Below are positions 42,795-54,900 of a stretch of 64,000 bases of DNA, one piece after another. The stretch comes from Rebecca billardiae RCC1528. Lineage: Eukaryota > Protista > Haptophyta. Position numbers and translations under genes: made by a program. Each line of letters opens with the position of its first letter. Within the stretch, counting starts at the first letter, position 1. The DNA lies in contig OZ251237.1 in assembly GCA_965240325.2 (NCBI GenBank), forward strand, positions 930,001 to 994,000, read 5' to 3'. The notes beneath the pieces were generated by a model. It was not told where the DNA came from. It was given only the letters and a program-made list of their open reading frames with translations, and made no database searches.

Positions 42795-44745
42795 ATGGGC
42801 AGCGGCGACGAGAGCGCTGCGGGGTTGCTGCCTGTCCTCTGTGGCCTGGGCATCGTCGCGTTCCTCGCGTGGTTCATCATGTCGCGCCAGATCAACGTGT
42901 GCTTGAGATCCCTCGGCCTCGACCGCATGCTCTTCGAGAGCGACGTCGTGGACACGCGGGAGGGCGTGGCGGGCCGCTGCATGACGACGCTGTACGGCAA
43001 GCTGCCGCCGTCGCAGTTCCCGCAGGTGGGCATGCTCTCAGCCATGCTCTTCTGCATCATCGGCGTCTACTGGCTCCTGCGCTCGCTGAAGGTACGCGCG
43101 CTCGGACGCCGCTGCACCGCGGCGCGCGCGCGCGTGCGCGCTCGCGCTACGCCACACAGGTGCTCACGCGCGCGCGCGCGCATGCTGCGCCGTGCGCCGC
43201 GTTGCGCGAGCAGGACACGGTCTTCGCCACGACCGTGGGGATTGAGTACCAGCCGCGCGCGAAGATGGTCTCGCTCTGCGTCGTCTTCGTGCTGCTCTTT
43301 GTGTACAATCGCATGATTGACACTTTTGAGAAGCACGTGCTCTTCTACATTCTCTCCATCACGTACGGCAGCATCTTCTTGGTGATCGGCGTGCTGCTGC
43401 ACATGCCAGTGATCGGTCTGAGCAACACCGAGTCGGACCCCACGCGCCTGATCGGCTGGTGCGCGCAGTGCGGCGGCAGCCGGCTGGCGGCGTGCGCAGC
43501 GCCTCGGCTGAGTGCCTGTGAGACCGCGCCCCGCTGCGCCTCGCGCGCGCGCGCTCTCGTGTGCGCGCGCGCGCAGGGTGAGCTACTGCGCGATCGAGAG
43601 CTTCGGCTCGATCTTCGTCTCGCTCTTCTGGTCCTTCGTCAACTCCAGCGTCAGCCTCGAGCACGCGAAGGCGAGCTACGGCCTGATCATCGCGGGCGCG
43701 CAGGTGGGCGCGATCCTGGGGCCGACGCTGGTGGTCATGTCGAACGTGCTGGGCGTGGCGAACCTGTACGTGTTCGGCGGCGCCGTGGTGGGGCTCGTGT
43801 GGGTGCTGATGAAGAAGTACGTCTCGTTCTACGGCGTCGGCCGCGGCATCAACGCCGGCGGCGCCAAGCCGGACAAGGGCGCCACCGGCCTGGTGGAGGG
43901 GCTGTGGCTGCTGCTCAAGCACCCGTACGTGATGGGCATCTTTGCGATCACGTGCCTCTTCGAGGTGGTGGTCACGGTGCTCGACTTCGAGATGAAGGTG
44001 ATCGCGAAGAAGCAGCCGCAGTACGTCAAGGCCGAGGACTTCGCCCGCTTCATGGGCTTCTTCGGCCAGGCGACCAACTCGGTCTCGCTCTTCTTCTCGC
44101 TGGTCGGCACGTCGTTTGTGATCCGCCGGCTCGGGCTGTCGAGCACGCTGATGCTCTTCCCGACGATGCTGATGGCGGTGCTCTCGTACGTGATGGTGTA
44201 CCCGTCGCTCGACGTCTTCTTCTTCGCGCTCGTCACCGTGAAGGGCCTCTCCTACGCGCTCAACAAGCCGTCCGTCGAGATGCTCTACTTCGCCACCTCC
44301 GACACGATCAAGTTCAAGTCGAAGTCGTGGTCGGACGTCTTCGGCGCGCGCTGCGCCAAGGCCTTCGGGTCGGTGATCACTGACTCGCTGCGGTGCGCGC
44401 GGCGCGGCGCGCGCGGGGCCGCCGGCGCGGAGCCCGCTCGGCGCGCGCGCCAGCACTCACGCCGCGCCCCCCGGCTCCGCCCGACACGCGGCCGCGCGCG
44501 CGACGCGCAGGTACTCGATGGAGGCGCTGCTGACGCAGGGGAACCGCTGGTCGATCGCCGTCAACGCTGTGCTACTGGTGACCGCGCTGCTGATGGGCAG
44601 GAAATTCAACGAGCTGCAGGCGACGGGCGAGGTGATTGGCGAGGGCAAGCTGCCCCACGACGACAAGGGCGCGGGCGAGCTCAAGGCTCTCAACTCGGCA
44701 GACAGCGGCGAGGAGTCGGAGGCGGAGCCGTCAGGCACCAAGTGA
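42795..44745 (+). CDS. TLC/NTT-family (ATP/ADP antiporter-type) nucleotide transporter (~530 aa)
   Basis: LFCIIGVYWLLRSLK|DTVF; VSLFWSFVN; AKASYGLIIAGAQVGAILG; KGLSYALNKPSVEMLY; KFKSKSWSDVFGARCAKAFGS. Introns at 43092-43213, 43459-43576 and 44393-44510 give a spliced length of 1593 nt. Confidence 0.88.
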
Positions 44746-45514
44746 CTACGCCGGGGCCAGCTCGACCGCGACCGCGCGACCGCCGTCCCTCCGTACCTTC
44801 TGCATACCACCCAGTACCACCACCGCCACCAGCGCCGAGGGGGCGGCGCGGCCGGCGGGGAGCAGGGCTCGCTGCCGCCGTCACCGCTCCTCAACGTGTG
44901 ACGCGACGTCACTGCTGCGACGATGCGGCGATCCGCAGCCGATAACAGGGCGCCGTGTTCTCCATCCGGCGGTCGCACGGTCGGTCACTGGGTGTGCCGC
45001 CGTGTGTGAGTTTGACGGGCCCGGCGTCGGGGCCGACACTCAGTCCCCGGCCGCCGTGACGGCGGCGGCGCCCGCACCAGGGGCACCATAGTAGCGGTTC
45101 GACCGTCGACATGATTGAAATGTGGCTTCTGCTGCCTGAGTCCCAGCGGCTGATAGACTATGGCCGAGCGCGCAGTCGCCCGGCAGTCGGGAGGCCCAAG
45201 CGAGTCTTGTCCTTACCTCCCGTTGCGGAGGCACCGCCACTGTCCGCCATCCTGAACTTGAAGAACATGCACGAAACCAAGCCACCGCCAAATCTGAGCC
45301 TGTCGAATATTACCGTATGCTCAATTTGGCTCATCTCCCTATAAGCAGCGGGTAGCTTTCAATAAGCTTGGGGAAGGTGTCAGATAGGGCGACGGCCGCT
45401 CGGAGGCGCTCGCCCAGCGCGGTCCCTTTTTCGCGGACGGCAGACGACGGCTTTACCGCCGCCCCTCGCTCAGCTTGCGCGACTCGCCGCCACGGCCCGG
45501 GCGGACGCGGCGTC

Positions 45515-48500
45515 ATGCTGCGCCCTATCGGCGGCGCCGACCCGCGCGGCGAGGAGCGCGATCGCGAGCCGTGCGCAGCTCTTTTTAGGCGCAGCTACTC
45601 CTCTCCCGGCGAGTCGCTCGCCGCTCGGCTCGCAGCCGCCGAGGCGGCGTCCGGTGAGGAGGGTGGCCCAAATGCTCGCGGCGGCGAGAGCTCGCCACGC
45701 GCGCCGAGCGTGTCCATCCCGCTGCGGCCGCACATGACTCGGTCGCGCGAGGCGCCTCGGCTGGTACCCATGGACGAGTCTCCGCGCGACTCGCCGCGGC
45801 GTCCACCACCACGCCTCACGCGCGTGGAGAGCACGCCGTCTGTGCAGCGGCCTCCGTACGGGCGTACTGTGCAGGACCCGACTTCGATGCGCAGCCTGGT
45901 GAGCGCGATCGCCCCGCTGGTGCCGGGCGCGACCGGGTACCCGAGGCGCGCACAGCAGATGCCGCACACGTCGTCGGCCTCTGTACGCCCGCTGGTGCGT
46001 GGCGCGCACACCGCGCGCCGATGGCGCGGGACAGCTGGCCGGCGCGCGCCGCGGCGCGCCGCGCCTCTCACCGCGCGGCTGCACTGCGCGCGCGCGCGTT
46101 GCGGTGGCGCCGCGGCCGTGCGCAGGAGCACATGTCACCTCCGCCGACGACCAAAGCCGTCGAGCTGCCGCGCGAGCAGTACCTCAAGCTCACGCGCGAC
46201 CACGAGCTGCTGACGTCGAAGGTGAAGGAGCTGACAGCGTCGCTCGCCGAGGCCGAGGGGCGCGCGCGCCGCGCAGAGCAGGAGGCGGCGGAGCTGCGGC
46301 GGCAGCTGCGCGCGGTGGATCGCGGCGAGACGCGGCCCTCCTCGCCGCCCCGGCCGGTGCGCACGCACATCGTCTCGCCACCGCCTCTCGCCACATGGAA
46401 CACAGCTTCGCTCGCACCTGGGTGCGTGCGCGCACCGGCCGCGCTCCGCCGTGCGCCGCACGTGCGCTCGCGCGCGGGCCGTGCCGCGCGCGCCCCCGCG
46501 AGGCCCGGCCCCGTGACGCGGCCGCCCCTTGCCGCCCGCCCCTCCCGCGCCGCCGCGCGCGCGCAGCTCGCGCGGCGGGAGCGCCTCGCGCAGGCGGCAG
46601 GAGGTCCATAGGCTCGCTCGCGTCTTCTCAGAGCACACGTTCCGGGAGGAGGGCGGCGCGACGCCGCCCGGCGCGGGCGCTGGGCTGAGCAGCCCGGAGC
46701 GCGAGCTGGCGGGGCTCTCGCCGCCGCCCGTGCGGCTCCGCAGCCCCCGGCCGAACGATCGGCACCCGACACCGTCGGACGCCGGGCGGCGGCTTCTGCT
46801 CACGGCGCTGCGCCGCTCGCCGATCCTGTCGTCCATGCGCGAGGACGAGCTGAGCGCGCTGGTCGAGCACATGTCCGCGCACGTGGCGCACTTCCCCTCG
46901 GGCCAGGCGCTCATGACCGCGGGCAGCCGGCCGGACCGCTGCCTGATCATCAAGGCGGGCTGGGCGTCCGTCACGCAGCCGGCGGCGGCGGGCGGCGACG
47001 GCGCGACGCCGCCCGCCACGCCGCTCAGCCTCGCCCGGCTCGGGCCGGGCGACCCGGTGGGCGACTTTGCGCTGATCTACGACACGCCGGCGCAGGTCAC
47101 GGTCAGCGCGGACGGCGGCTCGGTCGAGGCGTGGCAGCTGCACTCCGTCGACTTCTACCGGCTGGTGCAGGGGCGGCACATCAAGCTGCGCAAGGTGGCG
47201 TTTGGCGCGCTGCGCGAGCTGCAGCTGCTCGCGCCGCTCCCGGACGGCGTGCTCTCGCGGCTGCTGGACATGTGCGAGGCGAGCGGCTTCGAGTCGGGCG
47301 AGCGGCTGACCGGCCGCTCCGCCGGCGGCGACCTCTCCGCGTACGACGCGCACATCATCGTGCGCGGCGAGGTGGTCGTGCCGGCGGACGCGGCGATCGG
47401 CGAGGAGGACGACGGCGAGGACGCAGACGACGACGAGGAGCCGATCGCGCTGCCCAAGGGCGGCTTCTTCTCGGGGAAGATCCCGCCGGGCGTGTGCGTG
47501 CGCGGCTCGACAACGATCGTCACGGTGCCCAGAGGAGCCGCGCCGCTCGCCGAGTACCCGACGATCAGCGAGCAGCTCTTCGGCCGGCTCGCGCCGCGCG
47601 CGCCGATGGTCGGCGCCGGGCCGAGCACGCCGCCGCCGCCGCCCTTCCGCTGCGGCTTCGCCGCGGCGGACGCGCGCGACGCGCCGGGTGCGGCGGGCGG
47701 GCAGAAGGCGCGCGCGGCGGGCGGCGCCTCGCCCAGCGAGCCGCCGCGCCCGGCCTTCGCCGACCTGCACGCGCTCAAGCTGATCAACTCGGGCTCGTTC
47801 GCGGTCGTGCGGCTCGTGCGCGACCGCGGCAGCGGCAACGTGTACGCGCTCAAGGTGCTCAAGAAGCAGCTGGTCGTGCAGATGCGGCAGCAGCACCACG
47901 TGGTGCAGGAGCTGCACGCGATGCGCACGCTGGACCACCCGTTCATCGTCTCGCTCAAGGGCGCCTTCCAGGACGCGGAGCACCTCTACCTGCTGCAGGA
48001 GCTCGTGCTCGGCGGCGAGCTCTTCACGGTGCTCGACAAGTTTGGAAGGCTGCCGCTCGAGCTCGCGCGCTTCTACGCGGCGAGCCTCACGCTGGTGCTC
48101 GCGTACATGCACGCGAACAACTTCGTGTACCGGGACCTGAAGCCCGAGAACGTGCTCATCGACACGCAGGGCTACGTCAAGCTGTGCGACTTTGGCTTCA
48201 CCAAGCGCGTGGCGGACCGCACATGGACGATGTGCGGCACACCCGAGTACATGCCGCCCGAGGTGATCACCGGGCAGGGCGCGAACGCGGCGGCGGACTG
48301 GTGGATGCTGGGCATCCTGATGTACGAGATGCTCGTGGGTGCGCGCCCGGTGCTCGCGCCGGCGCGGCGGCACCGCGGCACCGCCCGGTACGGCCCTCGC
48401 GCAGCAGGCCGCGCTGGCTGACACGCGCGAGCGAGCGATCGCGCCGCCGCTGCCGCGCGCGCCCACGCCGCTGCGCAGGCGAGGCACCGTTCACCGGCGA

Positions 48501-49115
48501 GACGGACCTCGACATCTTCGCGAGCATCAAGCGGGGGCAGGTGCACTTCCCCGACTTCGTGCCGAAGGACGCTGCGGATCTCATCTCGCGGCTGCTCCGC
48601 CTAGACGTGTGTGCTGCGCGCAAGGCGCCGCGCAGGGCGGCGCGCCCGCGCGCAGTCCTCGGCCACGCGCCTGTGCCGCCGCTGACTGCCTGGAGCGCCG
48701 CGCGCGCGCACGCGCGCGCGCCGCTGCGACGTGTGCAGGTCAAGGAACGGCCGGGGTACCTGCAGGGCGGTGCACGCGACGTCATGCGTCACTCCGTGTT
48801 CGAGGTGAGCCGCGCACCCCCCCCGTTCACGCGGCTGGCCCATCGAATGCGCGCCGTGCTGCCGCGCACATGACACGGCCGCTGGCGCTGGCGCCGCCCG
48901 GCTCCCATCGCCCCCCCGCGCCGGCGCAGGGCATGGACTGGGACTGTCTACAGCAGCGGGCGCTGCATCCACCATACCAGCCGACGGTGCAGAGCGTCGA
49001 CGACACCTCCAACTTCGCGGGCCAGGAGGAGACCACGCCCATCGATGACAGCAGGCCGTATGACGCCAAGCGGTACGAAAGGCTATTCGGCGACTTCGAG
49101 GCGGTTGCGGTATAG
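45515..49115 (+). CDS. PKG/PKA-like AGC Ser/Thr kinase with N-terminal coiled coil and two degenerate cNMP-binding domains (~970 aa)
   Basis: Introns at 45983-46125, 46422-46566, 48339-48478, 48607-48738 and 48805-48929 give a spliced length of 2916 nt. Kinase motifs: YALK, VYRDLKPEN, DFG, RTWTMCGTPEYMPPE, and AGC tail PPYQP...DTSNF...FGDF. CNBD-A reads GDPVGDFALIYDTPAQVTV. Confidence 0.85.
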
Positions 49116-49816
49116 TGGAATATAGCGCAGCTGAATAAGACTCAAAGTGAGTAGTGACGGTCTATCTCACAGATGTAATAACTATCATCTTAGACATATA
49201 TATATAGCGGCAGTCGTCGTGACAGTCCGAGTAGTCACTGAGTCTCGGAGTGGATGCGGACCACACTGTAGTTATCCCGCCACTGAGCCACAGTGAAATC
49301 AGCAGTTAATAATAATCGTTATCTGATGAGTGCTGGTAGTAGTGGCGGCCCGCGGACTCAGGTGACGCTGGTGACGGAGGGCGCGGAGCGCGAAGTCGTC
49401 AGAGCGTGGAGGCTGGAGCCCGCAGGGCCAGGCGCCGGCCGCACGAATCGAATTACGTACTATGTAGTTATTAAATTCGATCGTCAAAAAAGCATATATA
49501 TATATCGGTCTCTGATGCTCGCTTATATTAATATTTGCGCTAGTGATCATCATCAAAAAAACAGCAACTAATGGGACAGGGGACGGATGAAATTATTCTT
49601 GATCTTCGAGGGCGGCGCGGTGGTTGAGACTAGTTTCTATTTTTCGAGATGACCCGCTATATATAGACAGCCATTTGAGACAAAACGGATTACAACAGTA
49701 GTCATATAGTTAGGAGCGGCCCTATGGCATATAGGATGAGTTCCGGAGACTACGAGCGCGCTACCAGGGGCCGTCAGGATGAACCGGCCCCTGGTGGCGC
49801 GCTCGCTGCTAGCTTA

Positions 49817-50701
49817 TTACTTCGAACTCGACGCGTGCGCCATCAAAGCCTGGAAGCGCTCGCTCGACGACAGCGCATCGTAGTCTCCCAACGACCACTC
49901 CACCTCCAGCGGCAGGGTGCCAGGGTAGTGCCGAACGTACTCGAGCCGGCCGCAAAACACATACGGTGAGGGTGGCGCGCCCGACTGCACGAGACGGCAA
50001 AACAGCAGGCGGCGGGGTGACTTGGCGGAGAGCAGGCGCTTGATCACCGGGGTTTCTTCGTGCTGCCGCCCGCCCGCGAACCACGACATCCGCCTGGCGC
50101 CGTCCATAAATAGATTTTTGTAGTCGGAGCCGCCAACGTTCACAAAGAGGAAGATGGCATTCTTCCACTCGATCGCGCCGGCGTATTTGCTGAATTTCGG
50201 GCAACTCGCGCGCGAGGCGAACTCCATGACGGACGCCTTGGTGGGCGGCCCCGGGATCTCCCCGCCGATGCCGAGCTGCTCGAGGGCGTCGAGGTTTGCC
50301 GACACCGCGCGCGAAGACCCGGGCTGCGCCATGCCCTGGTCTGTGTCGTCAGCGAGCAGCCCGGCCTCGGAGGCCACGCGAGGCTGCGAGGGCGAGGCCT
50401 GTGATGTGGGCTTATCCGCGGTCGCGCGTTGCTTCTCGGCGCCCCGCCGGTCCTCCGCCGCGGGCGTCTCGGCAGGTGCGCGCCGCACGCGTGAGGACCG
50501 ACGGACCTCGATGCCAAGCTCTTCAGGCGATCGCTTTGTCACGCGGCTCGGCTTGCGGCTGGCGCTGGCGGGCTGACGGGTGGCGCTGGCGGAGGGCGGG
50601 GGCGCAGTGGGCTGCCCCAGGAGCCCGAGACCATCGAGCACTGCGCGGTTCTGCGCGATCTGCTCAAGCCGTGCGCGTTCGTAGGGCGTAAGTTCCGCCA
50701 T
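49817..50701 (-). CDS. Hypothetical nuclear protein: CDCA7/WDR76-like N-terminal helix plus C-terminal DUF3427 (PUA/SRA-like)-type domain
   Basis: 294-aa intronless ORF. N-terminus LTPYERARLEQIAQNRAVLDGLGL...RRSSR. C-terminus AIFLFVN...YKNLF...MSWF...TPVIKRL...LLFCR...PYVFCGRLEY...PLEVEWSL follows the DUF3427 pattern. Confidence 0.6.
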   Translation of the reverse strand: MAELTPYERARLEQIAQNRAVLDGLGLLGQPTAPPPSASATRQPASASRKPSRVTKRSPEELGIEVRRSSRVRRAPAETPAAEDRRGAEKQRATADKPTSQASPSQPRVASEAGLLADDTDQGMAQPGSSRAVSANLDALEQLGIGGEIPGPPTKASVMEFASRASCPKFSKYAGAIEWKNAIFLFVNVGGSDYKNLFMDGARRMSWFAGGRQHEETPVIKRLLSAKSPRRLLFCRLVQSGAPPSPYVFCGRLEYVRHYPGTLPLEVEWSLGDYDALSSSERFQALMAHASSSK

Positions 50702-51933
50702 CGTCGATTCGTCGCGACTCGCGACGACAGCTTGCCCGAACGCAAGTCACGTCCGGACGTGGGTTTCGCGAGGCGACATGGCGGACACGTTGCCGCAGTG
50801 GCAAGCGTCGGAGGACCCTATCGTCGCTCGCATGCAGCTCCTGTGGGAGCATGCCCTTCTTCACCTCGACGAGTCACCAGACCTCAGCCGTCACTACATG
50901 TACGCGCACCCGACGCCCTGAGCCTGGCTCGGTGCACACGCGCGGCCGTGTTTTAAGCGCGTGCTTCCCTCCCGCGCCCACCGCAGTATGCGGTTGTGTC
51001 AGGTCTCAAGACAACAGAACGTGGAGCTCCCGAGGCAGCTGCAAGCGCGCTTCTGCGACTCATGCTGCATTCTGCACGTGCCGGGCGTAAACTGCAGCAT
51101 TCGCGCGCGCGTGAGCCGCAAGAGCCGCCGGGTCCGCACGCGGCTGGGTGCGCGGCGCGTGCAGAAGCACCTGCTTGTTGCACGCACGTGCTGGGCATGC
51201 GGCTCCACCTCGCGCCAGCGTGCATCCGGTGGTGCAGGCCATGCGGCTGTGCCACTCCATGGCTCGAGGCCGCAGTCCAACCCAGGCGCAGGCACACGCG
51301 CAGCCTCCCAGCAAGCTGCAGCATCTTGTGCGGGGCTGTCTGCAGCACGTGCGACAGCAGCAGCATCGACAGGTGGCAGAGCTGATGGCAGCCATCAAGC
51401 GGATGCATCAGTCATCATGTTTGACGACTTCTTCAGCCTGGGATGATGATACTGTAGTATGTACAACGACTAGCATCTCGGAGTCGTAGCGCAGCATCGT
51501 CAGCTAAGCCGAGCCGAGCGGAAGAAATATAATAATCATATCATGCATCACACTGCTTTACATCTGGCGCCCGCCGCCCCGCCGTGACCGCGCACTGACT
51601 CACTCACTGACTGACACTCATACGTTCGTAACTGTTATTCGTCAGCGGACGCGGTGACTGTAGTGCTGCGAGTGTGGCTGTCACTGTCAGCCAGCGGCAG
51701 CGTCATGCCGATCCCGGGATATGTCATATGATGATGATGACTCATTATCATAATAGAGTGCACCGTTACAGACGTACTGCACTGTCACTGAGCACTGATG
51801 GTAGCTAGTTGCACTGCTCCGTATCAATCATCGGACTGCTACTATATAATAGTAGTCTACTCACTACTGCTCGGACGGAGCGACCTCGCCCTCGGGCTCG
51901 GCGCCTCGGCGCATTCTGACACTCCGCCGCCGC

Positions 51934-54900
51934 TCAGTGGTCGAGCGCCAGTAACAACGCGGTGCCGCGCTTCACCCAGTGCTCGGGTTCGCTCTGCCCG
52001 CTCTTCAGATCGACGACGATCATGAAGGACGGCCGCTCGCGCGAGCCGGTGCGCAGCGGGTACATGTACAGCGGGCACTGGTACACGCCGCGGCCGGCTC
52101 GTCGCGTGCGCGACTCGACCGGCCTGAAGTGGATGATGGGCATCGAGTAGACCAGCTCCATCGGCTCGGGCTCGGCGAGGCACGACTGCTCGTAGTTCCA
52201 CCCGGCGCCCTCGAGGAACAGCCCCTTCACGTACGCGCCCTCCTTAGGCGGCTGCATGATGTCCTTCTCCTCGAGGTTGATCACCTGGAAGTCCCACGCG
52301 AGCGAGTCGATCGAGACGTTGTTCTTGCGCGCGGACGTCTGCATGAGCGCGGTGAGGAAGCCGGTGGGGTAGGTGAAGCCGGTGAGCCAGAAGACCTTGG
52401 GCGCGCCCTGCTCCGCCCACAGCTGCAGCTGCGCGATCCGCTGCAGCAGGTCGCGCGACCACGCCGCGAGCGGCTTGAGCGACGGGTAGGCGGACAGCCA
52501 CGTCGTCGGCACGCGCCCCTCGAGCAACGCGTTGAAGACGACCTCGAGCTCCGAGCTCATCACGACGAGGCCCTTGATCGCCTTCTCGAGGTTGGCGAGG
52601 CTCGAGCGGATCTTGGTGAGCACCGCGTTGTACCGCTGCATCTCCTGCACCAGCACCGTCGTGAGCGGCGTCGGCTCGTCGAGCTGGTCGTGCAGCAGCG
52701 CGCGCACGTTGAAGGGGGGCGGGATGAGGCCCGTGAGGTCGCCGGCGATCAGCAGGACCTTGGCCTCCGGGCCGGAGCCCTCCGCCTCGGCCGAGCGCGG
52801 CTGGAGCGAGACGATGGTCTGGAGCATCTCCGACCCCTCCGAGATCTGCGACGCGATGTCCGCGTTCGGGTGCTGCCCGAACGCCTCGGGCCGGTCGATG
52901 CCCGGCAGCGTCGAGCAGAACTCGCGGTAGGACTGGAGCGAGCCGTCGTCCGGGATGAAGTAGTGGTTGAGCGACGAGAGCTTGTAGTTGGCCGTCGAGA
53001 GCGCGTCGTCGTTGAAGAAGGTGTTCATGTACACGTTCATCAGCCGGCGGTCCCAGTCGTCCGTCACCCGCCCGCCGTAGTTGATCTCGGCGATCAGGTA
53101 CTTGAGCGCGTCCCAAGGCGTCACCTCGTACTCGTCTAGGTAGAGCGAGAGGCACAGCTCGGACACGTCGAAGTCCGAGTCGTTGAAGTCGTACGGGATG
53201 TTCCAGCCGAGGTTGAGGAACTTGCGCCGGTCGACGAGCACCTGCGGGACGAGCGCGAGCCGCGCCCGCCGAGCGCGCGGCCGAGGGATGCGCGTCGGCG
53301 CCAGCCGCGCGCGCGCGCGCGCGCGCAACGCTCGCGCCCGCGCCGCGCGCGCCGAGCGAGCCGGCGCGCCGCGCCGCGCCGCGCGCGCGCACGCACCGAG
53401 TGGAACCAGCACAGGCTGAAGAGCAGCTTCTTGTACTTGGACGGCTTGGAGCAGCGCGCGAACTTGGCCTCGGACATGTTGCTGAAGAGCCGCCCCATGT
53501 TCGCCTTGAGCCCCTTCGGCGGCTCGGTCGTCATCTTGATGCCCTTCTGCAGGATCCCTGCTTGGGCGCGGCCGCGCGCGCGACGCGAGCGAGCGCGCGC
53601 GCGCCGAGCGTGGCACGCGTGTGAGCGGCGGCACGAGCACGCGGGGCCCGCGCGCGGCGGCGCGGCGCCGCCGCGCCGCGCCGCGCACCGATCGGGAACT
53701 TGGGGTGCGGCGCGCTGCTCAGCCAGAGCCGGAACTGCGGGCGCGGGTTGCGCGCGGGCAGTCCCTCGATGATCTTCTCGAGCTCGTTCAGCCAGCTCAT
53801 CATCAGGTGGCAGTTGGCGAGCAGCACCTGCGCGCGAGCACGGGCGGGCGCGAGGAGCGCGCGGCGTGCGTGAGCCGCGGCGCGCGCGCGGTCGGTCGCG
53901 GCTCGCGGCGCGCGCGCGCACCCAGTGGCCGCCCTCGACACCGTCGTCGATCAGTCGGACGGCGTGTGGCGACTGGCCCTGGCCGAGCGCGATGGTCGAG
54001 AAGGACACGCCCTTCTGCTCGGCGAGCTGCATCAGCTGGTTCGTCGGGTCCACGCCGGGCGAGAGCACGAACACGAGCGGCGAGGTCGGCACCGAGTCCA
54101 CCACGACCTGCTGCAGATCGAGCACAGGCGGCTCGGTGAAGCGCTGGCCGAGGTTGTTCACGATGAACGCGGTGACGGCGAAGACGATGCGGTCGGGCCG
54201 GAGGCAGCGCACGATGATGAGGCGCTGCAGCTCGGTCGCCTTGTTCTCCCACTCGCCGGGCAGCCGCGCCGCCGACGTCTCGGGCTCCGCCTGCCTGTAC
54301 CACGTCTTCCAGTCGCGCGGGTTTGAGGAGAAGGACGCGACAATGTTGCGGAAGTTGTACAGCTTGTCCAGCTCGGTGATGTTGTCCCACGCCGCCTCGC
54401 CGACCCAGTCGGAGCACGGGTTGGGCGGCTGCTGCGTGCGGTCGAAGACCTGCCCGCCGCGCAGGAAGAAGTTGTACTCGTCGAGGTTCATCTTCTTCGC
54501 GCCCTGCAGGATCTTGGCGCAGATCTGGAAGGCGAAGAGCAGCTTGTGCGCCTCGAACAGGCCGCGGCACGTGTTGCGGTACACAAAGAAGGTGTGGTAG
54601 TCGTTCAGGTGCTTGATGCGCTCCTGCAGGTCGTCCGACTTGGTCGACTTCTCGAGCGAGATGTTGAAGAGCGTGACGTACGCGTCCAGGCTGAACTGGT
54701 ACATCGGGTCCACGCGCGCGAGGTCGTTGAGCATGAAGTAGAGGATGGACGCGCGGTACGCGCACGGCCGGTACCCCTCGCGCGCCTTATCAATCTCAAC
54801 CTCCGTGCGCTCCGACACCTCGAGCTGCGCCTTGACCTCCTCCGAGGTGTTCTTCGAGGACTGCAGCGTGAGCACGAGGTCCTCGTCGTCGAGCAGCGAG

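Noticed and set aside
50730-51500. Cluster of short ORFs rich in GCA/TGC between the DUF3427-like gene and dynein
   Set aside because: No coherent frame, splice pattern or domain could be established; a small gene cannot be excluded without RNA-seq.
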